Below, piece by piece: positions 8,687 to 19,393 of a stretch of DNA of 64,000 nucleotides. The DNA lies in the NCBI GenBank assembly GCA_049965615.1, contig JBMFWD010000013.1:2337-66336 (forward strand). The letters are read 5' to 3'. The stretch comes from Acidobacteriaceae bacterium (lineage in GTDB: Bacteria; Acidobacteriota; Terriglobia; Terriglobales; Acidobacteriaceae). Each line of letters begins with the position of its first letter. The stretch's first letter is position 1. The position numbers were made by a program, and so were the translations under genes. The notes beneath the pieces are model-generated. The model was not told the DNA's origin, ran no database searches, and saw nothing but the letters and a program-made list of their open reading frames with translations.

Positions 8687-9622
8687 ATGAAGCTGGTTTT
8701 CTGCGGGACGCCGGCCTTTGCTGTTCCGACGCTGAAGGCTGTGCTGGCCGCGGGGCACGAGGTGGCGCTGGCGGTGACGCAGCCGGACCGGCCGAGCGGG
8801 CGCGGGATGCAGATGGTGGAACCACCGGTGAAGGTGACGGCGCGGGAAGCCGGCATCGAAGTGGTGCAGCCGGAAAAGATCAAGAACAATCTGGAATTCA
8901 GGGCGCATCTGGACGCAATCCGGCCAGATGTCATTGTGGTGGTGGCGTACGGACGGATTATTCCGAAGTGGATGCTGGATTTGCCGCGGCATGGGAATTT
9001 GAATTTGCATGCGTCACTGTTACCGAAATATCGCGGAGCGGCACCGATTCAATGGGCGGTGGCAATGGGCGAGACGGTGACCGGCGTGACGACGATGCTG
9101 CTGGCCGAGGGGCTGGATACGGGCGACATGCTGCTGCAGAAGGAGATGGGGATTGGGCCGGATATGACGGCGCAGGAGCTGTTTCCGCTGCTGGCGGAGA
9201 TGGGTGCGCCGTTGATGGTGGAGACTCTGGCGGAGCTGGAGGCGGGCACGATTGTGCCTCGGAAGCAGGATGATTCTCAGGCTACGCTGGCTCCGATATT
9301 GACGCGCGAGGATGGGCGGATGGATTTTGCTCGCAGTGCGTCGGAGATTTATAACCGCTGGCGGGGGTTTTATCCGTGGCCGGGCGCGTGGACGGTGCTG
9401 GGCGGCAAGAAGCTGACGGTGCATGCGATGGGGCCGGTGGAGGGGTCTGCTGCGGCGGAGCCCGGTACGGTTCACGTGGGCGGCGGGCGGCTGGTGGTGG
9501 CTTGCGGCGGCGGGACGGCGGTGGAGATTGTGGAGTTGCAGCTTGAGGGCAAGAAGCGGATGGTGGCGTGTGATTTTCTGCGCGGGCATGCGCTTGCAGC
9601 CGGCACGCGGCTGGGAGATTAA
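8687..9622 (+). CDS. fmt: Methionyl-tRNA formyltransferase
   Basis: VFCGTPAFA, NLHASLLPKYRGAAPI, LDTGD; start set at MKLVF. Confidence 0.96.
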   Translation: MKLVFCGTPAFAVPTLKAVLAAGHEVALAVTQPDRPSGRGMQMVEPPVKVTAREAGIEVVQPEKIKNNLEFRAHLDAIRPDVIVVVAYGRIIPKWMLDLPRHGNLNLHASLLPKYRGAAPIQWAVAMGETVTGVTTMLLAEGLDTGDMLLQKEMGIGPDMTAQELFPLLAEMGAPLMVETLAELEAGTIVPRKQDDSQATLAPILTREDGRMDFARSASEIYNRWRGFYPWPGAWTVLGGKKLTVHAMGPVEGSAAAEPGTVHVGGGRLVVACGGGTAVEIVELQLEGKKRMVACDFLRGHALAAGTRLGD

Positions 9623-11011
9623 GTGCCGATGAGACGACCGCCGCGCCGGGATGATGCTTTCAGGGGTGATGCTCGCAGGGAGCGGAGGGTTTCGATTGCT
9701 CCGGCGCGAGAGGTTGCGTTTGAGCTGCTGCTGCGGGTGGCGGCGGGTGATGCGCACAGTGATGAACTGCTGCGGCTGCGGCAGGTGAATGCGCTTACGG
9801 CACAGGACAGAAATCTGACAACTACTTTGGTGATGGGGACGCTGCGCTGGCAGATGGCGCTGGATGCGGTGTTGCGTCCGCTGCTGGCGCGACCGGACCA
9901 GGAGGTGGCTTTGCCGGTGCTGACGGTGCTGCGGCTGGGGGCGTTCCAGTTGCTGCATCTGGATCGGGTTCCGGCACATGCAGTGCTGAATGACAGCGTG
10001 GAGCTGGTAAAGCAGACGGATGAGTATGGCGCGGCGGGCATGGTGAATGCGGTTCTGCGGAAGATTGCCGCGATGCCGAAGGGTGTGGGACGGGACGCGG
10101 TTGCCGCGCATGCGACGTGGATGGTGGAGCGCTGGCGTAGGTTTTACGGCGATGCGGTGGCGGAGTCTATTTGTAACTATGACCAGCACGCATCGGTGGT
10201 GGCGCTGTGGATGGAAGATCCTTTTGCGGCGCAGGAACTGGAGATTGAGGGCGTAGAGTGCGCGCCGGGCGAGCTGCTGGCAGGCGCCGTGCGTGTGCTG
10301 AAGGGAGATGTAACTCGGACGGTTCCATATGGACAGGGACGGGCGCGGGTGCAGGATGAGGGGTCGCAGCTGGTGGCTGAGTTGACCGCGGCGGTGATGC
10401 CGGAGGCGGTGGAGGTGCTGGATGCCTGCGCGGCTCCGGGTGGGAAGACGGCGATTCTTGCCGAGCGTCTTACGAAGGCGAAGATAACGGCGATGGAAGT
10501 GAGGCTGCGGCGGCTGGAGGCGATGCGGCGCACCCTGAAGGTGCATGCGAAGCAGGTGGAGTGCGTGGAGGGTGACGCGACGGCGCTGAAGGATGGTGCG
10601 GACTATGATCTGATTTTGTGCGATGCGCCCTGCAGCGGGACGGGGACGATGGGGCGGAATCCGGAGATCCGGTGGCGGGTGGATGAGGCGGAGCTCAAGC
10701 GGCAGCAGGCGCGGCAGATGGAGATATTGAAGGGCGCGGCGCGGGCGGTGCGGCGGGGTGGGCGTGTGGTGTATTCGACTTGCTCGCTGGAGCCGGAAGA
10801 GAACGAAGATGTGGTGCGGACGGTGGTGGCGGAGACGGGTTTGCGGGTGGTTCCGGTGGGGGAAGTGATGGACCGGATGAGCGCAGCGGGATTGTTTGCG
10901 GCGGGCGGGGAAGCAATTGTACGCGGCGCGGTTACAGATGGATTTTTGCGGACGCTTCCGGGCGTGCAGCCTTGCGATGGGTTCTTTGTGGCGGTGCTGG
11001 AGCGGGTGTGA
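9623..11011 (+). CDS. rsmB: 16S rRNA m5C967 methyltransferase RsmB/Sun (NusB-like + NOL1/NOP2)
   Basis: DACAAPGGKT, DAPCSGTG, YSTCSL; canonical def-fmt-rsmB order. Confidence 0.9.
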   Translation: MPMRRPPRRDDAFRGDARRERRVSIAPAREVAFELLLRVAAGDAHSDELLRLRQVNALTAQDRNLTTTLVMGTLRWQMALDAVLRPLLARPDQEVALPVLTVLRLGAFQLLHLDRVPAHAVLNDSVELVKQTDEYGAAGMVNAVLRKIAAMPKGVGRDAVAAHATWMVERWRRFYGDAVAESICNYDQHASVVALWMEDPFAAQELEIEGVECAPGELLAGAVRVLKGDVTRTVPYGQGRARVQDEGSQLVAELTAAVMPEAVEVLDACAAPGGKTAILAERLTKAKITAMEVRLRRLEAMRRTLKVHAKQVECVEGDATALKDGADYDLILCDAPCSGTGTMGRNPEIRWRVDEAELKRQQARQMEILKGAARAVRRGGRVVYSTCSLEPEENEDVVRTVVAETGLRVVPVGEVMDRMSAAGLFAAGGEAIVRGAVTDGFLRTLPGVQPCDGFFVAVLERV

Positions 11012-11038
11012 TCCGGGTGCTCCGGATTTATTTCGACA

Positions 11039-11803
11039 TTATTTTGCTACTGTGAGCGTTACGGAATCGCCGGGCTGGACGCGATAGCCGGAGGGCGGCG
11101 TTTGCGCGATGACGGAGCCGGGCAGGATGGGCTGCTGCGGCGGGGCAGTGGAGGCGATGCTGCCGATGGGACGGATGGCGGGATAGATTTTTTTGACGGA
11201 GGTGAGCTTGAGGCCTGCCTGGGTGAGGATTTGGCGCGCGCTGGAGAGGGTTTGTCCCTTGAGGGAAGGCATGACGATGGCCTGGGCGGGTGCGGGTGCG
11301 GGCGGTGTGGCGATGAGTAGATCGACGCGGGGACTGGCTACGCCCTGCGCGTTGGCTTGCGGGCTTTGGGCGAGGACAGTGCCGGAGGGCGCGGTTTGCG
11401 AGGGCAGGTAGGCGAGTGAGCCGAGCTGGAGGCCGGACTGGCGGAGTTGCTGGATGGCGATGTTGGAGGGTTCGCCGGTGAGGGTGGGGATGTTGACGGT
11501 CTGGGGGCCGAGGCTTTCTGTGATCTGCATGTGCCAGCCGGTGCGGACGGTGGTTCCGGGCTCGGGGGATTGATTGAGGACGCGGCCGGCGGGGATAGTG
11601 GGCGAGTAGAGGTGGTTGGCGATGCGGATATCGAGATGAAGCGCGGCGGCGTCATCGTGGGCCTGGGAGAGGGTTTTGCCTTTGAGGTTTGGGATGGTGA
11701 CCTCGGCCGAGTGGATGACGAGCTTCATGGTGAGGATGGCCGAGGCGAGCGCGACGCAGACGAGCAGAAGGAGCAGGCTGAGCGTGCGGAAGAGCGAGGT
11801 CAC
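11039..11803 (-). CDS. Membrane-anchored PASTA-repeat protein (no kinase domain)
   Basis: N-terminal TM, then three IPNLKG/IPTLTG/MPSLKG repeats ending in VL(N/A)QSP/IAQTPP. Confidence 0.85.
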   Translation of the reverse strand: MTSLFRTLSLLLLLVCVALASAILTMKLVIHSAEVTIPNLKGKTLSQAHDDAAALHLDIRIANHLYSPTIPAGRVLNQSPEPGTTVRTGWHMQITESLGPQTVNIPTLTGEPSNIAIQQLRQSGLQLGSLAYLPSQTAPSGTVLAQSPQANAQGVASPRVDLLIATPPAPAPAQAIVMPSLKGQTLSSARQILTQAGLKLTSVKKIYPAIRPIGSIASTAPPQQPILPGSVIAQTPPSGYRVQPGDSVTLTVAK

Positions 11804-12210
11804 ACGGTGTCTCCGTTGATCTGGATGGAGTAGTCGATTTTGACGGAGGCTTCAAGCATTTTGGAGACGGAGCAGTACTTGTTTTTGGAGAGCGAGACGG
11901 CTCGCTCGGCGGATTCGCGGGTGACGTTGCCGGTGATGGAGTAGGTGAGATGGATGCGGGTGAAGACGCGGGGCGGGTCTGGCGCCTGTTCGGCTTCGGC
12001 AGAGACGGTGAGGCCGGTGATGGGCTCGCGTTTCTTTTGGAGGATGCTGACGACATCGACGGAGGTGCATCCGCAGAGCGCGGTGAGTACGGCTTCCATG
12101 GGGGACATGCCGTGGGTGTGGTCGGATGAGGCGTCGAGGGAGATGGTGTGGTTGCTCTGGGATCGGCCTTCGAAGAGTGATTCCTGCTGCCATGTGGCGC
12201 TGGCGATCAT
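11800..12210 (-). CDS. OsmC/Ohr family protein
   Basis: SPMEAVLTALCGCT and KYCSVSKML two-Cys signature; GGAGG RBS. Confidence 0.88.
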   Translation of the reverse strand: MIASATWQQESLFEGRSQSNHTISLDASSDHTHGMSPMEAVLTALCGCTSVDVVSILQKKREPITGLTVSAEAEQAPDPPRVFTRIHLTYSITGNVTRESAERAVSLSKNKYCSVSKMLEASVKIDYSIQINGDTV

Positions 12211-12232
12211 GGTTCCTCCGGTGAGGTTTTTT

Positions 12233-13669
12233 TTACTGTACGTGTTGATTGTCGGCCTGCGGCTCGGGGTGAATCAAGACGCGGTCGATGTCGGGGCAAT
12301 GGAGCTTGAAGCGGTCTTCGAGGAGGGTGATGACTTCGTGGACGCGGTGCATGGGGAGCTGGTCGGGGAGGGTGCAGTGACAGGAGAGCGAGGTTTTATC
12401 GCCGATGCGGGAGATGCGAACTTCGTGAATGTCGATGACCTCGGGGAGGGTAGCGGCGGCGGCGCGGAGCTGGTCTTCGATGTGGCGGTCGCTGGCGACG
12501 GCCTGTACGCGCTCGATGGTGGCGGGTTCGCTTTCAATGTGGGTGAGGACGGAGCGGACTTCGGGGACGTTGTGACGGATCTGGTCTTCGATTCCTCGGA
12601 CGAATTGGTGGGCTTCGATGAGGGGCAGATTCTCTGAGACTTCAATGTGCTGCTCGACGTCGAAGCCGTTGGCTGCGGCCTGGATGCTGACGTCGTGGAG
12701 GACGACGTTGTTGCGGGCGGCGACGGCTCGGACCTTGTCAAAGATGCTTTCTGCGCTGGTGGAGCGGGGAACTGTGTGGATGACGACGTCGGCGCCGGGG
12801 GTGATGCGCTGAACGGCGCGGGTGGCGTCGAGGACGAGCTGCTCGCTGCGCTGGAAGGTGAGGCTGCGGGGCATGGAGAGGGTGAGGTCAGCGAAGAAGC
12901 TGTTGCCGGAGCGGCGCATGCGGAGCTGGTCGACGGCGAGGACGCCCTGGAGGGAGCGGAGTTCGCGGTGGACGCGGTTGAGGGTTTCGCGGGGGACGGA
13001 GTCAGTGAGTGCGTAGATGGCGCGGTGCGCGATGCGGTAGCTGAGGGCGACGATGAGGCCGGAGACGACGATGGCGGCGATGGGATCGGCGTAGTGGAGC
13101 CAGTGGAGGTTGAGGTGCTCGCCGAGCCAGGAGGTGGAGAGTCCGATGAGGACGGCGGTGGTGGCCCAGATGTCTGAGGCGAAGTGCTGCGCTTCAGCTT
13201 CGAGGGCGGCGCTGCCGTGGCGGCGGCCTACGGTGCGCATCTGGCGGGAGCGCCAGAGATCGACGCAGATGGAGGTGATGAGGACGAGGATAGGCCAGAA
13301 GGAGTAGCGGAGTTCGACGGGATGGAAGAAGATGCGGCGGATGGCGTCGAGGGTGATCCAGAAGGCGGAGCCAGCCATGAGGAAGGTTTCGATGAATGCG
13401 GAGAGGTTTTCGTACTTGGCGTGGCCGTAGGGGTGGTTGGCGTCGGCAGGGCGGTCGGAGAGATGGACGGAGACGAAGGTGAGAGCTGCTCCGGCGAGGT
13501 CGACGGCGGAGTGGATGGCGTCTGAGAGGACGCCGAGGCTGCCGGTGGTTAGGGCGACGGCGAGCTTGAGCCCCGTCATGGTGATGGCGGCGGAGACGGA
13601 GAGCAGCGCTGCGGTGCGTTTTTCGCGGGGGGCGCTGGAGTCTGGGTCGCTTTGGGCTGTGGACTGCAT
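12233..13669 (-). CDS. Cation diffusion facilitator transporter with triplicated C-terminal domain
   Basis: DAIHSAVD (TM2), HPYGHAKYE, QHFASD (TM5); three ZT_dimer-like repeats ending IHTVP, THIES, IHPEP. Confidence 0.9.
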   Translation of the reverse strand: MQSTAQSDPDSSAPREKRTAALLSVSAAITMTGLKLAVALTTGSLGVLSDAIHSAVDLAGAALTFVSVHLSDRPADANHPYGHAKYENLSAFIETFLMAGSAFWITLDAIRRIFFHPVELRYSFWPILVLITSICVDLWRSRQMRTVGRRHGSAALEAEAQHFASDIWATTAVLIGLSTSWLGEHLNLHWLHYADPIAAIVVSGLIVALSYRIAHRAIYALTDSVPRETLNRVHRELRSLQGVLAVDQLRMRRSGNSFFADLTLSMPRSLTFQRSEQLVLDATRAVQRITPGADVVIHTVPRSTSAESIFDKVRAVAARNNVVLHDVSIQAAANGFDVEQHIEVSENLPLIEAHQFVRGIEDQIRHNVPEVRSVLTHIESEPATIERVQAVASDRHIEDQLRAAAATLPEVIDIHEVRISRIGDKTSLSCHCTLPDQLPMHRVHEVITLLEDRFKLHCPDIDRVLIHPEPQADNQHVQ

Positions 13670-13839
13670 GGACCCTTAGGTTAACTCGGACGGGGTGGAG
13701 TTTGCAGCCGGGTGTGATGGGGGAGCTTTTGCCAGGGCAGGCAAAAGACTCGCGACTACTACCGGTCCAGTGCTGGTGCGCTGGAGAGCGGGAAATTCCG
13801 GGAGAAACTTTTGAGTGTGTATTTGACGGACGCATTCAC

Positions 13840-13866
13840 GGGATTCTTCGCTTCGCTCTGAATGAC
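13840..13866 (+). repeat. Minimal REP-like family A unit
   Basis: GGGATTCTTCGCTTCGCTCTGAATGAC shares the family A ends. Confidence 0.65.
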
Positions 13867-13986
13867 CCGCTGCCTGCTGTTTTTGTGACGTTTTCGGTGT
13901 TGGTGAGTGCAGGTTGTTCGGCTGACGCTGCCAGACTTTCTTAACGTGGCGAGACGATTTCAGGCGTTCACATCAGGGACGGTGCG

Positions 13987-14757
13987 TTACGGTTTGACTG
14001 CGCGGTAGAGGCCGGCGATGCCGAAGGTGTACGGGGTCCAGGAGACTTGCCTGAAGCCGACTGCGCGCATGAGTGCGAGCATTTCTGGCGGGGGTGGGAA
14101 TTTGTGGACGGACGAGGGGAGATATTTGTAGGCGGAACCCATTCCGGAGAGGCGCGCGCCGATGGCGGGGAGGATGCGGCGGAAGTAGAAGGCGTAGAGC
14201 TTGCCGGTGAGGCCGGTGGGCTCGCTGAAGTCGAGGATGCCGAGTTCGCCGCCCGGGGCGAGGACGCGGTGGAACTCTTCGAGTCCGGCGCGGTAGTTGG
14301 CGATGTTGCGGAAGCCGAAGGCGCTGGTGATGAGGTTGAGCGAGGAGTCGGCGCAGGGCAGGTGGAGTGCGTCTGCTTCGATGGGGACGATGTTGGCGTT
14401 GCGGGCGGCGAATTTTTGCGCGCCTCGGAGGAGCATCTGGTGGGAGAAGTCGCCGGCGAGAATTGGTTCGGATTGCGTGGGGCGTCGGCGCAGGAGGGCC
14501 ATGGTCATGTCGCCGGTGCCGCAGCAGATATCAAGGACACGGGATTGGGGCCGGGCGAGGATGTGGCGGAAGGTGCGGGCGGCGCGCCACCACCAGTAGC
14601 GGTCGACGTTGCAGGAGAGGATGTGGTTGAGCAGGTCGTAACGCGGGGCGATGGTGTTGAACATGGCCTGGACGGCAGCGGCGGAAGATTGCTCGTCGAT
14701 TGCGCCTTCTGGCCGCGCGCCGGGTGTGTTGAGTGGCGATGGGGCTGGAGTGCTCAC
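13987..14757 (-). CDS. ubiE: UbiE/MenG demethylmenaquinone methyltransferase
   Basis: [41 protein letters not shown]. Confidence 0.9.
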   Translation of the reverse strand: MSTPAPSPLNTPGARPEGAIDEQSSAAAVQAMFNTIAPRYDLLNHILSCNVDRYWWWRAARTFRHILARPQSRVLDICCGTGDMTMALLRRRPTQSEPILAGDFSHQMLLRGAQKFAARNANIVPIEADALHLPCADSSLNLITSAFGFRNIANYRAGLEEFHRVLAPGGELGILDFSEPTGLTGKLYAFYFRRILPAIGARLSGMGSAYKYLPSSVHKFPPPPEMLALMRAVGFRQVSWTPYTFGIAGLYRAVKP

Positions 14758-15860
14758 CTGGTGGCCTCGCGGACGCGGGCGAGGAGCCAGTCAATGGTGG
14801 AGCGGAATTCGGTATCGGTGACGTCGGGGACGATGAGGGCTTTTCCGATGGATTCGGCGAGGATGAAGCGGCGTGTGCCGGCGCGGTTTTTCTTGTCGCG
14901 GGCGGTGGCGTCGAAGAGCTTGTCTGCCGTGGCGCGGAAGCGGGGCAGTGGGCCGTATGCGTGGATGAGGGCGGCGATGCGGCTGGCCTGGGCTTCGGTA
15001 AGGAGGCCGCGCGTGCGAGAAAGCTCAGTGGCGGCGAGCATGCCCCAGCCTACGGCTTCGCCGTGGAGCAGGGCGCGGTAATTTGTAACTGTTTCGATGG
15101 CGTGACCGATGGTGTGGCCATAGTTGAGGATCATGCGAAGACCGCCTTCGCGCTCGTCGAGGGTGACGACTTCGGCCTTCATGCGGATGGCGGCGGCGAT
15201 GACGCGGGTGAGGGCCGCGTCGTCGGCGGAGAGAATGGTCTGGGCGTTGCGCTCCATGTAGTTGAAGAGCGCAGCGTCGCGGATGATGCCGGCCTTGATG
15301 CACTCGTATAGCCCGGCGCGGAGTTCGCGGGGCGGGAGGGTTTGGAGGACATCGGTGTCTGCAAAGACGGCGCGGGGATGGTGGAAGCTGCCGATGAGGT
15401 TTTTTCCGGAGGAGAGATTGACGCCGGTTTTGCCGCCTACGGAGGAGTCGACCTGAGACAGCAGGGTGGTGGGGATTTGTATGTAAGGGATGCCGCGCAT
15501 GTAGATGGCGGCGAGGAAGCCTGTGACGTCGCCGATGATGCCTCCGCCGAAGGCGATGAGGATGGAGGAGCGGTCTGCGCCGGACTCGGAGAGAGTGGTT
15601 GCGAGGGCTTCGACGTTGGCGAAGCGCTTGTTTTTTTCGCCGGAGGGCAGGAAGAGGACCTGCGGGGGATTGTCCGCGGGGAAGCCGGAGAGGAGGGTTT
15701 TGCCCCAGAGGGACCAGACTTCCGGCGCGGTAACGATGAAGGCGCGGGCGTTGGCGGGTGCGAGCTTTCGGATCTGCCTGCCGACCTTAGGCAGCAGGCC
15801 GCTGCCGAGGTGGACGGTGTAGTTGGCGCCGGGGATATCGACGGGGATGGTGCGAGCCAT
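14754..15860 (-). CDS. aroB: 3-dehydroquinate synthase
   Basis: [44 protein letters not shown]; start set at MARTIP (15860). Confidence 0.96.
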   Translation of the reverse strand: MARTIPVDIPGANYTVHLGSGLLPKVGRQIRKLAPANARAFIVTAPEVWSLWGKTLLSGFPADNPPQVLFLPSGEKNKRFANVEALATTLSESGADRSSILIAFGGGIIGDVTGFLAAIYMRGIPYIQIPTTLLSQVDSSVGGKTGVNLSSGKNLIGSFHHPRAVFADTDVLQTLPPRELRAGLYECIKAGIIRDAALFNYMERNAQTILSADDAALTRVIAAAIRMKAEVVTLDEREGGLRMILNYGHTIGHAIETVTNYRALLHGEAVGWGMLAATELSRTRGLLTEAQASRIAALIHAYGPLPRFRATADKLFDATARDKKNRAGTRRFILAESIGKALIVPDVTDTEFRSTIDWLLARVREATR

Positions 15861-15964
15861 AGTTTTCATCGTATCGCAGGGATGGGGTGGAGTTTGCGGC
15901 GGGTTGCGAGGGGTGGAAGTGAGGGGCATCTGTCGAGGGGGAAGTGGTGATAGGTTCAAAACAT

Positions 15965-17509
15965 ATGGCAAACATTGAAGCATTTGACTTTGTTGTGGTG
16001 GGCGCGGGGATTGCAGGGCTGCGCGCGGCGATTGAGCTTGCCGGCGCGGGGCGCGTGCTGGTGGTGACGAAGGAAGCGCTGGAGGAATCCAACACCTCGT
16101 ATGCGCAGGGGGGGATTGCCGTTGCGATGAGCGGTCCGGAGGACGTGGAGCTGCACCTGGAGGATACGGTGGCAGCGGGCGACGGACTGGTGGATCGCGC
16201 GGCGGCGCGGGTGCTGGTCGAGGAGGGTCCGCTGCGGGTGGCGGAGCTGCTGGAGTGGGACACGCGGTTTGATCGGGAAAATGGCGAGCTGATGCTGACG
16301 CGCGAAGGGGCGCACAGCCGGAACCGGATTCTGCATGCGTACGGGGATGCGACGGGCGCGGAGATTGGGCGCGCGCTGCTGGTTCACGCGCAGGCGGCGA
16401 AGAATATCGAGCTGCGGGAGTGGACCTCGACGATTGCGTTGCGCGTGGATGGGAATGCGGTTACGGGCGTGGATTTATTGGATCGTGAGGGACGGGTGAC
16501 GACGACGCGGGCGCGGGCGGTGCTGCTGGCGAGCGGCGGCGCGGGTCAGGTTTATAGCGATACGACGAATCCGGCGGTGGCGACGGGCGACGGGATTGCG
16601 ATGGCGGCTTACGCGGGAGCCGAGATTCAAGACATGGAGTTTTACCAGTTTCATCCGACGGCGTTGAGCTTGCCGGGGGTGCAGCGGTTTTTGCTGTCGG
16701 AGGCGCTGCGGGGCGAGGGTGCTTACTTGCGGAATGCGGCGGGTGAGCGGTTTATGGAGCGGTATCATGCGCTGCTGGAGCTGGCTCCTCGGGATGTGGT
16801 GGCGCGGGCGATAACGCGCGAGGGGATGGGGCCGGAGGGTGAGACGCGGCTGGTGTTTCTGGACATGAGGCATGTGAAGGGTGTGGACCTGGCGGCGCGG
16901 TTTCCGGGGATTTCGGCGTTTCTGGCAAAGCATGGGCTGCGGCTGGATCGGGATTTGATTCCGGTGCGGCCCGCGGCGCATTACCTGATGGGTGGGGTAA
17001 GGACGGATGTGGATGGAAGGACTTCGTTGCAGCGGCTTTATGCGGCGGGCGAGGTGGCCTGCACGGGGGTGCATGGGGCGAATCGGCTGGCGAGTAATTC
17101 GTTGCTGGAGGGGCTGGTGTTTGGTGCTCGTGCGGCTCGGGTGATGCGGGAGGAACGGGAGCTGGCGGGCGCGGAGTTGGGTGAGGCGCGGCTGGGACGG
17201 CGCGTGGGGTTTGCGAAGGCGGATTTGCAGCAGATGATGTGGCAAAAGGCTGGTCTACTACGGGATGGGGTTGGATTGCGCGAGGCCGAGACGTTTTTGG
17301 CACGCGAGGAGCAGGGCGAGTCGGAGTTGCGGCGGGATGCTTTGGAGTTGGGGCATCTGCACGCCGTGGCGCGGTTGATTGTGCGGAGTGCGCTGGCTCG
17401 TGAGGAGAGCCGCGGGGCGCATTTTCGGAGGGATTTTCCGGTTAGGGATGATGTGGGGTTTGGGCGGCACTCGGTGAGTTGTGGTGGGGTGGTTGGGTTC
17501 TTGTCTTAG
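15965..17509 (+). CDS. nadB: L-aspartate oxidase
   Basis: GAGIAG FAD motif, [45 protein letters not shown]. Confidence 0.95.
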   Translation: MANIEAFDFVVVGAGIAGLRAAIELAGAGRVLVVTKEALEESNTSYAQGGIAVAMSGPEDVELHLEDTVAAGDGLVDRAAARVLVEEGPLRVAELLEWDTRFDRENGELMLTREGAHSRNRILHAYGDATGAEIGRALLVHAQAAKNIELREWTSTIALRVDGNAVTGVDLLDREGRVTTTRARAVLLASGGAGQVYSDTTNPAVATGDGIAMAAYAGAEIQDMEFYQFHPTALSLPGVQRFLLSEALRGEGAYLRNAAGERFMERYHALLELAPRDVVARAITREGMGPEGETRLVFLDMRHVKGVDLAARFPGISAFLAKHGLRLDRDLIPVRPAAHYLMGGVRTDVDGRTSLQRLYAAGEVACTGVHGANRLASNSLLEGLVFGARAARVMREERELAGAELGEARLGRRVGFAKADLQQMMWQKAGLLRDGVGLREAETFLAREEQGESELRRDALELGHLHAVARLIVRSALAREESRGAHFRRDFPVRDDVGFGRHSVSCGGVVGFLS

Positions 17510-17515
17510 CGGGGA

Positions 17516-17566
17516 GAACCGCAGATTTCTCGGCTTCAGCGCTCAAGCGCCTTCGCTCGAAATGAC
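17516..17566 (+). repeat. REP-like family A copy
   Basis: GAACCGCAGATTTCTC...GCGCTCAAGCGC...CTTCGCTCGAAATGAC. Confidence 0.8.
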
Positions 17567-17601
17567 CCTTCAAAATGTGAGCGTGGTCCGAACGGAGAGG
17601 G

Positions 17602-17676
17602 GAACTGCAGGTCCCCCTCGGCTTCGCTCGGGGCAGGCTCTCCGCTGCGGTGCTGCGCACCTTCGGTTGGGATGAC
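17602..17676 (+). repeat. REP-like family A copy with nested internal unit
   Basis: GAACTGCAGGTCC..CTCGGCTTCGCTCGGGGCAGGCTC-TCCGCTGCG...CTTCGGTTGGGATGAC. Confidence 0.75.
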
Positions 17677-17706
17677 AATTTTCTATTGAGTGAGCGATGG
17701 CTGTCC

Positions 17707-18567
17707 TTATGTCGCTTGCGGTTTGCGTGTGAGGCTGAGGGTGATGAAGGCGACGACGACGGCGAGGATTATGCAGAGTGAGGCGAGGGTGGAGATGTGG
17801 ACCCAGTGGGCGGCGAGCATCTTGAAGGCGACGAAGGCGAGGATGATGCCGAGGCCGTAGTGAAGCAGGTGGAAGCGGTCGAGGAGGCCGGCGAGGACGA
17901 AGTAGAGGGAGCGCAGGCCGAGGATGGCGAAGACGTTGGAGGTCCAGGCGATGATGGGCGAGCGGGTGACGGCGAGGACGGCGGGTACGGAGTCGAGTGC
18001 GAAGACGAGATCGGTGAGTTCGACGGCACAGATGACGAGCAGGAATGAGGCGAGGACGAGGCGTCCGTCGGGGAGTCGGCGCAGGCCGTGATGGAGTAGC
18101 CAGCGGACGGGACCTGAGGGGGTTTGCTTGTGGGGGTGGGCCGTAAGGAGACGGATGGCTGCGATGGCGAGGATGACGCCGAAGATGTACTGGACCCAGA
18201 CGAAGCGGTCGAGCAACTGGACGCCGACGACGATGAAGAGGCCGCGGAGGACGATAGCGCCGAGGATTCCCCAGAGCAGGACGCGGTGCTGCTGTTCTTC
18301 TTCGAGCCGGAGGGCGCGGAACATGATGAGGAAGACGAAGAGGTTGTCGATGGAGAGCGAGGCTTCGATGAGGTAGCTGGAGGCGAATTCGAAGCCGGCC
18401 TCGTGGCCGGAGTGCCAGCCGATGTAGAAGGTGTAGGCGGCGGCGAGGACGACGAGGAAGACGGTCCAGAGGGCGGCGGTGCGCGGTGATCCGCAACGCC
18501 CTTTGCGGTGGAGCACGCCGAGGTCGATGAAGAGCAGGGCGGCGACGATGAGGGCGAAGAGGATCAC
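17707..18567 (-). CDS. TerC/Alx family membrane protein
   Basis: YLIEASLSIDNLFVF, ELTDLVFALDSVPAV, SNVFAILGLRSLYF. Confidence 0.92.
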   Translation of the reverse strand: MILFALIVAALLFIDLGVLHRKGRCGSPRTAALWTVFLVVLAAAYTFYIGWHSGHEAGFEFASSYLIEASLSIDNLFVFLIMFRALRLEEEQQHRVLLWGILGAIVLRGLFIVVGVQLLDRFVWVQYIFGVILAIAAIRLLTAHPHKQTPSGPVRWLLHHGLRRLPDGRLVLASFLLVICAVELTDLVFALDSVPAVLAVTRSPIIAWTSNVFAILGLRSLYFVLAGLLDRFHLLHYGLGIILAFVAFKMLAAHWVHISTLASLCIILAVVVAFITLSLTRKPQAT

Positions 18568-18583
18568 GCGCTAATTATGGGAC

Positions 18584-19393
18584 TCAGGAGTCTTTATCGC
18601 GGGCTTCACGACGTGCCCTGCGTCGCGCCGGATGGACCATGAAGGAGACTCCGATGCTGACGACGTAAAGAGCGAGCATGGGCGAAGCGAAGACGCACAT
18701 GGTGAGAATGTCTGGCGTGGGGGTGATGATGGCCGCAATGACAAAGATGATGAGGATGGCGTAGCGCATGTTCTTCCAGAGGAATTTGGGCGAGACAATG
18801 CCGAAGAGCGAGAGGAAGAAGACGACGATGGGCAGCTCAAAGGTGACGCCGAGGCCGAGGATGACGGTGAGAAAGAGGCTGGTGTACTCGTTGATCTCGA
18901 TGAGCGGGCGGAACTGGCTGCTGTAGCCGAGGAGGAAGTCGAGGGACTGGGGGTAGACCCAGCGGTAGCCGAAGTATGCGCCGGCCAGGAACAGGCCGAC
19001 GGTCGAGAACATGAAGGGCATGACATAGCGCTTCTCGTGTGCGTAGAGGCCGGGTGAGATGAACATCCAGACCTGGTAGAGCACGAAGGGAGACGCGATG
19101 ATGACGCCCACCATGAGGCTGATCTCGAGGTACATGTTAAAGGGGTCGATGGGGTTGTGGTAGACGAGCTCGGTGGGCAGATGGTGGGCCTTGAGGGCGA
19201 AGACGATGGGCGCCTGCATGAAGCCGTAGATCTGGGCGTGGAAGCCGTAGGCGACGCCGAAGCCGACGATGATGGAGAGGACGGCGCGGATGAGGCGGCG
19301 GCGGAGCTCCTCGAGGTGCTCCATGAGGGTCATGCCGGGGAGTTCCGCGCGCTCGGTTACGGCGGCGCGGGCGCGATCGACGATATCAGGCAT
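18584..19393 (-). CDS. tatC: Twin-arginine translocase subunit TatC
   Basis: [38 protein letters not shown]; start set at MPDIVD. Confidence 0.96.
   Translation of the reverse strand: MPDIVDRARAAVTERAELPGMTLMEHLEELRRRLIRAVLSIIVGFGVAYGFHAQIYGFMQAPIVFALKAHHLPTELVYHNPIDPFNMYLEISLMVGVIIASPFVLYQVWMFISPGLYAHEKRYVMPFMFSTVGLFLAGAYFGYRWVYPQSLDFLLGYSSQFRPLIEINEYTSLFLTVILGLGVTFELPIVVFFLSLFGIVSPKFLWKNMRYAILIIFVIAAIITPTPDILTMCVFASPMLALYVVSIGVSFMVHPARRRARREARDKDS

Noticed and set aside
17516-17676. Repeat cluster as a CRISPR array
   Set aside because: Only two imperfect palindromic units, no regular spacers and no cas genes; fits REP-like repeats
18568-18583. yybP-ykoY Mn riboswitch expected before a terC/alx gene
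   Set aside because: Only 16 nt separate tatC from terC, so there is no room
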